Shown piece by piece: positions 11,226-20,544 of a stretch of 64,000 nucleotides of DNA. The notes beneath the pieces are model-generated. The model was not told the DNA's origin. It saw nothing but the letters and a program-made list of their open reading frames with translations, and searched no databases. This DNA comes from an uncultured Actinomycetota bacterium. Lineage in GTDB: Bacteria; Actinomycetota; Actinomycetes; Mycobacteriales; Mycobacteriaceae. The position numbers and the translations under genes are program-made. The stretch covers positions 5,972-69,971 of the forward strand of contig CAWKJQ010000004.1 in NCBI GenBank assembly GCA_963849935.1, given 5' to 3'. Each line of letters begins with the position of its first letter. Position 1 is the stretch's first letter.

Positions 11226-12647
11226 ATGGTGAGTCGCTTGTCGCCGCCCGACGCATCTTTTTTTCGGCTGGAGAACACCGCCACCCCCATGTACGTCGGA
11301 TCGCTGTCGATCCTGCGCCGCCCGCGTGCCGGCTTGAGCTACGACACGCTGCTGGCCACCGTCGAGCAGCGACTGCCGCAGATACCGCGCTACCGGCAGA
11401 AGGTGCGGGAAGTGCCGGTCGGCACGGCCCGGCCGGTGTGGCTCGACGACAACGACTTCGACATCACCTATCACGTGCGGCGTTCGGCGCTGCCCTCTCC
11501 GGGCAGTGACGAGCAGCTGCACGAGCTCGTCGCGCGGCTGGCCGCCCGGCCGCTGGACAAGTCGCGCCCGCTGTGGGAGATGTATCTGGTCGAAGGCCTG
11601 TCCAAAAACCGGGTCGCCCTGTACACCAAGTCGCATCAGGCGCTGATCAACGGCATGTCGGCGCTGGAGATCAACCATGTCATCGCCGATCGGACGAAAC
11701 GCCCGCCACCGTTTCCCGAGGACATCTGGATACCGGAGCGCGACCCCGGCAACACCCGGCTGATGTTGGGAGCGGTTGGTGAGTGGTTCACCGGCCCGGG
11801 CGCTCAGCTGCAGGCCGTCGGATCGGTGGTCGGTGGCCTGGTGACCAATTACGGCGAGCTGCTGGACGCCGGTCGTCGGGCCGTGGACTTCGTGCGCACC
11901 GTGGCCCGGGGTACCGCGCCCAGCAGTCCGCTGAACGCCACCGTGTCACGGCACCGGCGCTTCACCGTCGCCCGCGGCAGCCTCGACGATTACCGCAAGG
12001 TGCGCGCGCGCTACGACTGCGACGTCAACGACGTGGTGCTCGCCGTCATCGCCGGCGCCCTGGGCAACTGGTTGATGTCGCGCGGGGTAGCGGTGACGAC
12101 GACCGCGACGGTGCGGGCGATGGCGCCGCTGCCGGTGTACGACGACGGCGACCTCGACACCAGCGGTCCTGGCCAGGCGATCAGCCAGGTGATGCCGTTC
12201 CTCGTCGACCTGCCGGTGGGGGAGCCCAACGCCGTGGTGCGGCTGTCGCAGATCGCGCACGCCACCGAGGCGAACCCCACGGCCGCGCAGCTGGTGGACG
12301 CCAGGACCATCGTCACGCTGTCGGGCTTTGCCCCACCGACGTTGCACGCCATGGGCATCCGCGAGGCGACCAGCTTCCCGAGCTTCTCCAAGCGCACGTT
12401 CAACCTGCTGATCACCAACGCGCCCGGCGCTCAGTCGCAGATGTACATCGCCGGCACCAAATTGCTCGAGACGTATGCGGTGCCGCCGCTACTGCACAAC
12501 CAAGCGCTGGCGATCAGCGTGACGTCGTACAACGGCGAGCTGTACTACGGGATCAACGCTGACCGCGAAGCCATGAGCGATGTCGACGTGCTGCCCGCAT
12601 TACTTAACCAAGCGCTCGAAGAACTGCTCGAGGCTTCCCGGTCCTAG
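11226..12647 (+). CDS. tgs3: WS/DGAT-family O-acyltransferase, full length (Rv3234c+Rv3233c equivalent)
   Basis: RLSPPDASF N-terminus, PLDKSRPLWE, degenerate HHxxxDG (SHQALING). Confidence 0.85.
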   Translation: MVSRLSPPDASFFRLENTATPMYVGSLSILRRPRAGLSYDTLLATVEQRLPQIPRYRQKVREVPVGTARPVWLDDNDFDITYHVRRSALPSPGSDEQLHELVARLAARPLDKSRPLWEMYLVEGLSKNRVALYTKSHQALINGMSALEINHVIADRTKRPPPFPEDIWIPERDPGNTRLMLGAVGEWFTGPGAQLQAVGSVVGGLVTNYGELLDAGRRAVDFVRTVARGTAPSSPLNATVSRHRRFTVARGSLDDYRKVRARYDCDVNDVVLAVIAGALGNWLMSRGVAVTTTATVRAMAPLPVYDDGDLDTSGPGQAISQVMPFLVDLPVGEPNAVVRLSQIAHATEANPTAAQLVDARTIVTLSGFAPPTLHAMGIREATSFPSFSKRTFNLLITNAPGAQSQMYIAGTKLLETYAVPPLLHNQALAISVTSYNGELYYGINADREAMSDVDVLPALLNQALEELLEASRS

Positions 12648-12688
12648 TCGGCGGTGAAAAGCCCTGCGTGGGGCTATCATTCGTTGCT

Positions 12689-12866
12689 GTGAGCACCGGG
12701 AAAAGCGACGGCGCGCCGGCGAAGCCGGACAAAGAAGTCGGATTCTACGGCCGTGGCCAAGATCTCCGACAAGGTCTATAAAGCCGAATTGTCCTGGCCC
12801 CAAACGGAATTGGTGAACCTGCAGGCGTGGGTGCGCTATCCCGGGGCGCGGCCGGTGGTGATTTAG
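12689..12866 (+). pseudogene. ppk2: Polyphosphate kinase 2 5' remnant
   Basis: Frameshifted peptide ...KISDKVYKAELSWPQTELVNLQAWVRYPGARPVVI* resembles the PPK2 N-terminus and stops just before Walker A; sits at the Rv3232c position. Confidence 0.8.
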
Positions 12867-12872
12867 CCGCCC

Positions 12873-13412
12873 ATGACGATCGTCTATATCCCCGCCACGC
12901 TGCCGATGTTGCAGCAGCTCGTCTCCGACGGCTCGTTATGGCCGGTCAATGGCACGGCGTTCGCGCTGACGCCCATGTTGCGTGAGGCGTACGCCGAGGG
13001 CGACGACGACGAGCTCGCCGAGGTGGCGCTGCGCGAGGCGGCGCTGGCGTCGCTGCGTCTACTGGCGGCCTCGTCGACCGAAGCGGCCGAAGCGACCGAA
13101 GCGGCCGAAGCGCCATCGGGGTCGCTGCCGCCTCGCCGTGCTGTGCTGGCCGCCGACGTCGGGGACGTCACCTACCGTCCCGACCTCGACGACGCCGTGG
13201 TCAGACTGTCCGGGCCGGTCCCAATCGAGGACGTGATCGCCGCCTACGTCGACAACGCCGGGGCCGAGCAGGCGGTGGCGAAGGCCATCGAGGCCGTCGA
13301 TGCCGCCGACCTGGGCGATGAGGACGCCGATTTGATCGTCGGCGATGCGCAAGACCACGATTTGGCCTGGTACGCCAACCAGGAGCTGCCATTTCTATTG
13401 GAGCTGATGTGA
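12873..13412 (+). CDS. Rv3231c-like conserved actinobacterial protein
   Basis: VYIPATLPML N-terminus, LAWYANQELPFLL C-terminus; synteny. Confidence 0.88.
   Translation: MTIVYIPATLPMLQQLVSDGSLWPVNGTAFALTPMLREAYAEGDDDELAEVALREAALASLRLLAASSTEAAEATEAAEAPSGSLPPRRAVLAADVGDVTYRPDLDDAVVRLSGPVPIEDVIAAYVDNAGAEQAVAKAIEAVDAADLGDEDADLIVGDAQDHDLAWYANQELPFLLELM
13077..13112 (+). repeat. In-frame tandem repeat (18 bp x2, built from 9-bp subunits)
   Basis: ACCGAAGCGGCCGAAGCG twice, encoding TEAAEA x2. Confidence 0.85.
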
Positions 13413-13447
13413 CGCTGACTGTGAGACATTCGCAGCCGCAGCGCTAG

Positions 13448-13479
13448 CTACGACACCGTAGGTTACGGTACCGTAGGTT
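13448..13479. promoter_or_regulatory. Tandem TACG-N4-CGTAGGT operator upstream of the Rv3230c-like gene
   Basis: CTACGACACCGTAGGTTACGGTACCGTAGGTT; same array recurs at 14716-14751. Confidence 0.7.
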
Positions 13480-13547
13480 TCGTGAAGCGCACAGAGTCGA
13501 CCACAATGGTGAGCGTTGGTCAGACGCGTAGTGAGCAGGAGCTTCCC

Positions 13548-14702
13548 CTGGGCAGACGAAACCCCGAGATCACGGGCAACGTCGTCGACACCGCGCGACC
13601 TGTTGTCGCCGGCGCGGACCGGCACCCCGGCTGGCATGCGCTGCGCAAGCTCGCCGCGCGCATCACGACGCCGCTGTTGCCCGATGACTATCTGCATTTG
13701 GCCAATCCGCTCTGGTCGGCCCGCGAACTGCGGGGCCGGGTACTGCAGGTGCGCCGCGAGACGGAGGATTCCGCGACTCTGGTCATCAAGCCGGGCTGGG
13801 GTTTCAACTTCGACTACCAGCCCGGTCAGTACATCGGTATCGGGTTGCTGATGGACGGGCGCTGGCGCTGGCGCTCGTATTCACTCACCTCGGCTCCCGC
13901 CGACGGGGGCGCGCGCTCCGGCTCGGCCCGCACCGTGACCATCGGCGTGAAGGCGATGCCGGAGGGTTTCCTGTCCTCGCACCTGGTGGCCGGTGTCGAG
14001 CCGGGAACCATCGTCCGGCTCGCCGCGCCGCAGGGCAATTTCGTGCTGCCCGACCCGGCGCCCGCGTCGATCCTGTTCCTCACCGCCGGCTCCGGGATCA
14101 CGCCGGTGATGTCGATGCTTCGGACCCTGGTGCGCCGCAACCAAATTAAAGACATCGCCCACGTGCACTCGGCGCCCACCCAATCCGATGTCATGTTCCA
14201 GGCCGAGTTGACTGCGGTGGCCGCCGAGCATCCCGGTTATCGGATGCGGCTGCGCGAGACGCGCACCCAGGGTCGGCTCGACCTGTCCGTACTGGATCGG
14301 GAGGTGCCGGACTGGCGCGACCGCCAGACCTGGGCCTGCGGGCCGGAAGGCATGCTCGCCGAGGCGGAGCGCCTATGGTCGGCCGCGGGCGTCCGTGAGC
14401 GCCTGCACCTCGAGCGGTTCGCGGTGTCCAAAGCCGCACCCACCGGCGCCGGAGGGACCGTTACCTTCGCCCGAAGCGGACGCACTGTAGCTGCCGACGC
14501 GGCGACCTCGCTGATGGACGCGGGCGAGGGCGTGGGGGTGCAGATGCCCTTCGGGTGCCGCATGGGGATCTGCCAGTCGTGCGTGGTGAGTCTGGTGGAG
14601 GGTCACGTCCGCGATCTGCGGACCGGCCAAGAGCACGACTCGGGCACCCGGGTGCAGACCTGCGTGTCCGCAGCTTCGGGCGATTGCGTGCTCGACATTT
14701 AA
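13548..14702 (+). CDS. NADPH oxidoreductase partner of DesA3 (FAD/NAD-binding plus 2Fe-2S; Rv3230c-like)
   Basis: [29 protein letters not shown]; start uncertain (CTG 13548 after AGGAG, or ATG 13506 / GTG 13482). Confidence 0.92.
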   Translation: MGRRNPEITGNVVDTARPVVAGADRHPGWHALRKLAARITTPLLPDDYLHLANPLWSARELRGRVLQVRRETEDSATLVIKPGWGFNFDYQPGQYIGIGLLMDGRWRWRSYSLTSAPADGGARSGSARTVTIGVKAMPEGFLSSHLVAGVEPGTIVRLAAPQGNFVLPDPAPASILFLTAGSGITPVMSMLRTLVRRNQIKDIAHVHSAPTQSDVMFQAELTAVAAEHPGYRMRLRETRTQGRLDLSVLDREVPDWRDRQTWACGPEGMLAEAERLWSAAGVRERLHLERFAVSKAAPTGAGGTVTFARSGRTVAADAATSLMDAGEGVGVQMPFGCRMGICQSCVVSLVEGHVRDLRTGQEHDSGTRVQTCVSAASGDCVLDI

Positions 14703-14715
14703 AGGCTACTCACAG

Positions 14716-14751
14716 GTAACCTACGGCTTCGTAGGTTACGATAGCGTAGGT
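14716..14751. promoter_or_regulatory. Palindromic/tandem operator upstream of desA3
   Basis: Perfect GTAACCTACG-gctt-CGTAGGTTAC followed by overlapping TACG-atag-CGTAGGT. Confidence 0.75.
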
Positions 14752-14794
14752 GTAGAACGGCAAGACCAAACAATCGACGCAGGGAGATGACGAC

Positions 14795-16078
14795 GTGGCG
14801 ATCACAGACGTCGACGTATTCGCCCATCTGACGGACGCCGATATTGAAAACCTGGCCGTTGAGCTCGATGCCATCCGCCAGGACGTGGAAGACTCACGCG
14901 GCGACCGGGACGCTCGCTACATCCGTCGCACCATCGCGGCCCAGCGCGCGCTGGAGGTGACCGGCCGGCTGCTGCTGGCGGCCAGCTTCCGGCGTTCGGC
15001 CTGGTGGGCGGGGACGGTGACACTGGGCGTGGCCAAGATCGTCGAGAACATGGAGATCGGCCACAACGTCATGCACGGCCAGTGGGACTGGATGAACGAC
15101 CCCGAGATTCACTCCTCCACGTGGGAGTGGGACATGAGCGGGTCGTCCAAGCACTGGCGCTACACCCACAACTTCGTGCACCACAAGTACACCAACATTC
15201 TCGGGATGGACGACGATGTGGGCTACGGCCTACTACGCGTCACCCGCGACCAGCGCTGGAAGCGCTTCAACACCCTCAACCTGGTGTACAACACGCTGCT
15301 CGCGCTGCTCTTCGAATGGGGAGTCGGCCTGCAGCACGTGGAGCTCGGCAAGATCGCCAAGCGGCGCATGGACAACGACGAAGCCCGGCAACGGGTCGAC
15401 GAGTTCTTGGCCAAGGCGGGGCGCCAGGTGCTCAAGGATTACGTCGCGTTCCCCGCGCTGACCTCGCTGTCGCCCGGTGCCACCTACACGTCCACGTTGA
15501 AGGCCAACGCGCTTGCCAACGTTATTCGCAACGTGTGGGCCAACGCGGTGATCTTCTGCGGCCATTTCCCCGACGGCGCAGAGAAGTTCACCAAGACCGA
15601 CATGATCGGCGAGACAAAAGGACAGTGGTACCTGCGTCAGATGCTGGGCAGCGCGAACTTCGAGGCCGGTCCGGCGCTGCGCTTCATGAGCGGCAACCTG
15701 TGCCACCAGATCGAGCACCACCTGTACCCGGACCTGCCGAGTAACCGGCTGCACGAGATCTCGGTGCGAGTGCGGCAAGTCTGTGACAAGTACGACTTGC
15801 CCTACACCACAGGCTCTTTCCTGGTTCAGTACGGCAAGACATGGCGCACGCTGGCCAAGCTCTCGCTGCCTAACGAGTACCTGCGGGATGACGCCGACAA
15901 CGCGCCGGAGACCCGCAGCGAGCGGATGTTCGCCGAGCTCGAGCCCGGCTTCCTGGGCACCGATCCGGTCACCGGCCGCCGTCGCGGTCTGAAGTCAGCG
16001 ATCGCCGCGGTGCGCGGTTGGCGGCGTGGGAAGCGGGCTACCGAAGCCCGCCCTGCCGAAGACGACCTGGCCGCATAG
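14795..16078 (+). CDS. desA3: Membrane stearoyl-CoA delta-9 desaturase DesA3
   Basis: His boxes HNVMH, HNFVHH, QIEHH; C-terminal LAA; adjacent oxidoreductase. Confidence 0.95.
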   Translation: MAITDVDVFAHLTDADIENLAVELDAIRQDVEDSRGDRDARYIRRTIAAQRALEVTGRLLLAASFRRSAWWAGTVTLGVAKIVENMEIGHNVMHGQWDWMNDPEIHSSTWEWDMSGSSKHWRYTHNFVHHKYTNILGMDDDVGYGLLRVTRDQRWKRFNTLNLVYNTLLALLFEWGVGLQHVELGKIAKRRMDNDEARQRVDEFLAKAGRQVLKDYVAFPALTSLSPGATYTSTLKANALANVIRNVWANAVIFCGHFPDGAEKFTKTDMIGETKGQWYLRQMLGSANFEAGPALRFMSGNLCHQIEHHLYPDLPSNRLHEISVRVRQVCDKYDLPYTTGSFLVQYGKTWRTLAKLSLPNEYLRDDADNAPETRSERMFAELEPGFLGTDPVTGRRRGLKSAIAAVRGWRRGKRATEARPAEDDLAA

Positions 16079-16092
16079 TCGGCGCGCCGAGG

Positions 16093-16956
16093 CTAGCCGT
16101 TCGGATAAAACTCAGCGGCCGACGTTGAGGCGACACCGAGCTCGCCGGCGACCGCGTCGATCGCCCGCTGCGCGGCGCCTAGGTCAACCCGATAGTCCGG
16201 GGTGAAGTACGGGCCGACGTAACGCTCGTAGTGTCGTCGCGCTTCTTCCGCAGTGAGCCGGTCCAGGAACCCGTTGATGTAGTCGACGGCGCGGCTCGGT
16301 TGGTCGACGAGAAACCGCAGCGCCCGCTGATTCGCCCGCATCATCGCCTGCAGCGCGGGGCTGTCCGGCGGGATGTGCGCGGGGTCGACGGCGACGCCCA
16401 CCGTGGGGATCTGGAAGTGATCGCCGACCCAGGCCAGCAGGTGAAAACCTTCTTCGGCGGCGACCTGTTCGGGGGAGTGGGTGCTGCCGACATAGGCGGC
16501 ATCAATCGAGCCGTCGCGCAGTCGGCGGAGATCCATCTGGTAGTCACCCGGACGCCGCATCACGCAGTGCAAGTCGCGGTCGGGGTCCAGCCCGTGCTTA
16601 CGCAGCACGATCCGGGCGAAGGTGCCCGGCGGGTTGTCGGCGGCGTGCACGGCCAGGCGCCGCCCGCGAAGATCCGCCATGGATTTCACTTCGGCGTTGC
16701 CGATAAACCAGAACAGTGGGCGATCGGTGTTGACGCTCAACGCTTTCCAGCCGATCCCGTCCTGCATGCGTGACAGCAGCGCGCGGCCCAGGCCGATCAC
16801 CGCGATGTGGCGTAGCCGCTGCGCCTGCCAGGCGACGCCGTCGCGAATGGCGACGTGGACTCCTTCGTCCTGGTAGTAGCCCTCTTGATCGGCGACATGG
16901 GCGACCAGCTCCTCGTGAAGGCCACGACCGACGTAAGCGAGATCGATCGTCTGCAC
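16093..16956 (-). CDS. NMT1/THI5-like (SsuA-type) substrate-binding-fold protein without signal peptide
   Basis: A.QEGYYQDEGVHV, MADLRGRRLAV, LRDGSIDAAYV motifs; no N-terminal hydrophobic segment. Confidence 0.8.
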   Translation of the reverse strand: MQTIDLAYVGRGLHEELVAHVADQEGYYQDEGVHVAIRDGVAWQAQRLRHIAVIGLGRALLSRMQDGIGWKALSVNTDRPLFWFIGNAEVKSMADLRGRRLAVHAADNPPGTFARIVLRKHGLDPDRDLHCVMRRPGDYQMDLRRLRDGSIDAAYVGSTHSPEQVAAEEGFHLLAWVGDHFQIPTVGVAVDPAHIPPDSPALQAMMRANQRALRFLVDQPSRAVDYINGFLDRLTAEEARRHYERYVGPYFTPDYRVDLGAAQRAIDAVAGELGVASTSAAEFYPNG

Positions 16957-16990
16957 GCCGCACCCCTTCCCGACACGGCCGGAGCCGCTG

Positions 16991-17734
16991 TTAATTCATG
17001 GCGAGGCCGCCATTGACCTCCAGGCAGTGGCCGGTGATGAAACCGGAATCTTCACCGGCCAGGAACGCCACCGTCTTGGCCACTTCGTCGGGGGTGACGA
17101 GCCTCCCCATGGGATTTGTCGCGCCGAGCTGGTGTATTTCGTCGGCTGTCAGCAGCGCGTTCGCCGTCGGGTCGGCGACGGTGGCGGGCGAAACGAGGTT
17201 GGCGGTGATCTGGTGCGGTGCCAGCTCGAGTGCGACGTACCGGACGAACTGGTCCATTGCCGCCTTGGCCGTGCCCACCGTGATCATGCCCTGGCGTGGC
17301 CGCCGGGACAGCACCGTGGTGAGATAGATCAGCCTGCCATATGTACGCGAAATCATTTCGGGGACAACGGCTTTGGTCAGCAGAAAGGCGGCATGTAGTT
17401 CTCGGTCCAGTTTGCCACCGAGCTGCTCCCAGCTCAGATCGGCGAATGAGGTGACGTCGTAGGGGATCAGTGCGTTGTGCACGAGCACATCGACGCCGCC
17501 CCACCGCTCGGTGACTGCGCTCACCATCGCGGTGACGTCTTCCGGTTGCGTGACGTCGGCGCGTATCGCAACGGCCTCGCCGCCGCCGGCGGTCGCGGCC
17601 CCGACCACCTCGTCCGCCTCCGCGGCGCTGGACCGGTAATTGACGACCACCCGAAATCCCTGCTCCGCCAAAGTCAATGCGCTTGCCGCACCAATTCTGC
17701 GGCTGGCTCCGGTGACCACCGCGACAGGACCCAC
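16991..17734 (-). CDS. SDR-family oxidoreductase (atypical active site)
   Basis: TGASRRIG, VVVNY, DVLVHNA, NPMGRL, ITGHCLEVNGG; VGTAK instead of YxxxK; GTG 17734 after GGAGG. Confidence 0.85.
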   Translation of the reverse strand: MGPVAVVTGASRRIGAASALTLAEQGFRVVVNYRSSAAEADEVVGAATAGGGEAVAIRADVTQPEDVTAMVSAVTERWGGVDVLVHNALIPYDVTSFADLSWEQLGGKLDRELHAAFLLTKAVVPEMISRTYGRLIYLTTVLSRRPRQGMITVGTAKAAMDQFVRYVALELAPHQITANLVSPATVADPTANALLTADEIHQLGATNPMGRLVTPDEVAKTVAFLAGEDSGFITGHCLEVNGGLAMN

Positions 17735-17884
17735 TGGCGTCACCTCCGACCGCGCTCGCCGCCCTTTGGCTGGCACGCGCGAACGTTACTCCCGCGGTGC
17801 ACCCGGGTAAAGGGTCGCGTGCCAGACCGGGGCGCCGATGCGTCGTAACCAACCACGCAATGGTTATCGACGATACTGGGAGGC

Positions 17885-18958
17885 GTGCAGGTGTTCGTCG
17901 GATCCCACGTGTCACATTGGGATTTCCCGCGCAGCACGGCCAGTGTCGCCTTGATGACCGAATTCGGTTGCAGCAACGGGCTTGCCGTCGCAGACGTGCT
18001 CAACGGGTCCGGACTGTCCGAGGCCGACCTGCGCGACCACGATCGAATGATCGTCGGGCGCCAGGAGTTGGCGGTTGCGACGAACCTGGTGAACCTGCTG
18101 GGCGAAGAGGCCGGGGCGGCCAACTTGGGAATGCGGGTGGGCGGCAGCTATCACGTCGGGTCGCTCGGAATCTTCGGCTTCGCCTGCCTGACCAGCTCGA
18201 CGCTGGGCGACGCCGTCCGGTTCGCGGCCCGGTTCTACGAGCTCAGCTACGGCTTCTGCCTGCCGACCGTCACAGTCGAGGGGCCGGCGGCCGCGCTGCG
18301 GCTCGACCTGCCCGACCTGACCGGTCCGGTTGCCGAGTTCTTGGTGCGCCGTGACCTCGCGGCGATCGCACGCGTCATGGCGGAATTGCTGGGCAGCCCG
18401 GTGCCGTTCACCTCGATCGAATTCACCGGCCCGGCTCCGTCGGAGGGCGACGACGCGGCCCGCGAGGCATTCGGCGTGGCGCCGCAGTACGATTCGCCGG
18501 CCAATGTCGCGCGCCTACCGCTCGCGCTGCTGGACAAGCGGCTGCCAAGCGCCAGCGAGATGAGCGTGGCCATGTGCGAACAACAGTGCAGCGCCCTGTT
18601 GGAACGCCGCCGAGCCCGGACCGGTGTCGCGTTGCGGGTGCGAGAGCGGCTCGCGTCGATCGACGGCGAACCACACACGATCGCGGCCGTCGCCCGGCAG
18701 CTGGCGATGAGCGAGCGGACGCTGCGCCGGCGGCTGGCCGAGGAGAACACGACCTTTCGGGAACTGGTCGAGGAGGTGCATCGCGTGCTGGCCGAGGAGC
18801 TGTTGGCCACCGGCGCGCTGTCCGTGGAGGACGTCGCCCTGCGGCTGGGCTACGCCGAGGCCACCAGCTTCATCGCCGCGTTCAAACGCTGGACGGGTAC
18901 CACGCCCGCCCGCTATCAGCGCTCGGTGGCGCCCCGCGCCCGGTCGCTGGCCGTCTGA
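17885..18958 (+). CDS. AraC-family transcriptional regulator
   Basis: C-terminal double HTH (VARQLAMSERTLRRRL; LGYAEATSFIAAFKRWTGTTP). Confidence 0.93.
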   Translation: MQVFVGSHVSHWDFPRSTASVALMTEFGCSNGLAVADVLNGSGLSEADLRDHDRMIVGRQELAVATNLVNLLGEEAGAANLGMRVGGSYHVGSLGIFGFACLTSSTLGDAVRFAARFYELSYGFCLPTVTVEGPAAALRLDLPDLTGPVAEFLVRRDLAAIARVMAELLGSPVPFTSIEFTGPAPSEGDDAAREAFGVAPQYDSPANVARLPLALLDKRLPSASEMSVAMCEQQCSALLERRRARTGVALRVRERLASIDGEPHTIAAVARQLAMSERTLRRRLAEENTTFRELVEEVHRVLAEELLATGALSVEDVALRLGYAEATSFIAAFKRWTGTTPARYQRSVAPRARSLAV

Positions 18959-18978
18959 CACCTAAGCGGGCCGCGTTG

Positions 18979-19043
18979 TGGCCGGAATCCTCGATTTTCC
19001 GACCGCAATCGGCTGCTGGTGCCGCTTCTTTCTCTCCTAACGT
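18979..19043 (+). promoter_or_regulatory. AraC-type direct repeats and -10 of leaderless monooxygenase promoter
   Basis: TGGCCGGAATC (18979) and CGACCGCAATC (19000) 21 bp apart; TAACGT at 19038-19043, 7 nt before ATG 19051. Confidence 0.5.
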
Positions 19044-19050
19044 TTCAGTC

Positions 19051-20544
19051 ATGACTTCGACCCATCGCCCTCGCGTGCTGGTCATCGGGGCCGGCTTCGG
19101 GGGCCTCGCCGCCGCCTACGAACTGTCCAAAGACGGCCTCGCCGACGTGACGGTAGTGGAGAAGGCCGACGACATCGGCGGCGTCTGGCGGGAGAACACC
19201 TACCCAGGGGCCGCCTGTGACGTCCCATCGAACCTGTACTCCTACTCGTTCGCACGAAAGACGAACTGGGGGCGGCGTTACGCCGAGCAGCCCGACATCC
19301 TCGGCTACATCCGCGACACCGCCGACCGGTTCGGCCTGCGCAAGCTGGTGCGGACGGGAATCGAAGTCACCTCCGCCCGCTACGACGACGGCACCGCCAC
19401 CTGGCGGGTAGACACCTCGAGTAGCGACACCTTCGAGGCCGACGTCCTGGTGCCCGCGGTGGGTCAGCTGTCCCGGCCGGCGGTGCCGGCGATCCCGGGA
19501 ATCGACACGTTCGCGGGCCCGTCGTTCCATTCCGCGCAGTGGCGCCACGACGTCGACCTGACCGGCAAGCGCGTCGCGGTCCTCGGAACCGGCGCGTCGG
19601 CGATCCAGTTCGTCCCCCGCATCCGCGAGGCCGCGGCACACGTCACCGTCTTTCAGCGCTCCGCGCCGTACGTCATCCCGAAGCCGGATCGCGCCTACTC
19701 CGCGGCGCACCACGCCGCCTTCAGCAAGGTGCCTGGATTCGCCGGCGCCATGCGAGAGCTGATTTGGGAGATCTCGGAGTTTTTCGGTCTCGCGCTGACC
19801 AAGGTGGCCCCGCTGGCGCGACTGATAGGCGTCGTCGCGTCGCTGAACATCAAGCGGCACATCAAAGATCCGATGTTGCGTGCCAAGGTGACTCCCGAGT
19901 ACCCGATCGGCTGCAAGCGCGTGCTGTTCAGCAGCGAGTGGTATCCGGCGCTGGCCCACGACAACGTCTCGGTCGAAACCTGCGCGATCACCGAGGTGAC
20001 GACGACCGGCGTGCGTACCGCCGACGGACGGCTGCATGAGGTCGACGTCATCATCTACGGCACTGGGTTCAAGGCCACCGAATTCCTTGCGCCGATGACG
20101 ATTACCGGCCGCGACGGGCGCGACCTGCATTCGCAGTGGGCCCAGGGCGCCCGCGCCCACCTCGGCATGGCCGTGCCGGGCTTCCCGAACATGTTCCTGA
20201 TCTACGGCCCGAACACCAATCTCGGCAGCAGCTCGATCATCTTGATGATGGAGCAGCAGGCCCGCTACATCCGCCAGATCGCCGAGCGGCTCGCCAGGGG
20301 CGGCCCGGGCCGTGCGTTCGAGGTGAGGCGCAGCGCCGAGCAGGCCTATGACACCGACATCCAGTCTCGTCTCGACAACGGGGTCTGGACCTCCTGCGAC
20401 TCGTGGTATCGCACGGCGTCGGGCCGGGTCACCACCAACTGGCCGGGCCTGGTCCGCGAATATCAGCGGCACGCACGGGAGGTCGCGTTCGAGGACTACA
20501 ACGAAGTCCTCTCGGCAAGAGAAGCCGAGCGTGTTGGCGCATGA
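19051..20544 (+). CDS. Flavin-containing (Baeyer-Villiger-type) monooxygenase
   Basis: GAGFGG, GGVWRENTYPGAACDVP, FAGPSFHSAQW, GTGASA. Confidence 0.93.
   Translation: MTSTHRPRVLVIGAGFGGLAAAYELSKDGLADVTVVEKADDIGGVWRENTYPGAACDVPSNLYSYSFARKTNWGRRYAEQPDILGYIRDTADRFGLRKLVRTGIEVTSARYDDGTATWRVDTSSSDTFEADVLVPAVGQLSRPAVPAIPGIDTFAGPSFHSAQWRHDVDLTGKRVAVLGTGASAIQFVPRIREAAAHVTVFQRSAPYVIPKPDRAYSAAHHAAFSKVPGFAGAMRELIWEISEFFGLALTKVAPLARLIGVVASLNIKRHIKDPMLRAKVTPEYPIGCKRVLFSSEWYPALAHDNVSVETCAITEVTTTGVRTADGRLHEVDVIIYGTGFKATEFLAPMTITGRDGRDLHSQWAQGARAHLGMAVPGFPNMFLIYGPNTNLGSSSIILMMEQQARYIRQIAERLARGGPGRAFEVRRSAEQAYDTDIQSRLDNGVWTSCDSWYRTASGRVTTNWPGLVREYQRHAREVAFEDYNEVLSAREAERVGA

Noticed and set aside
13077-13112. 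Short repeats (here, 57632-57681 and the operator arrays) as CRISPR arrays
   Set aside because: No unique spacers, too few copies and no cas genes
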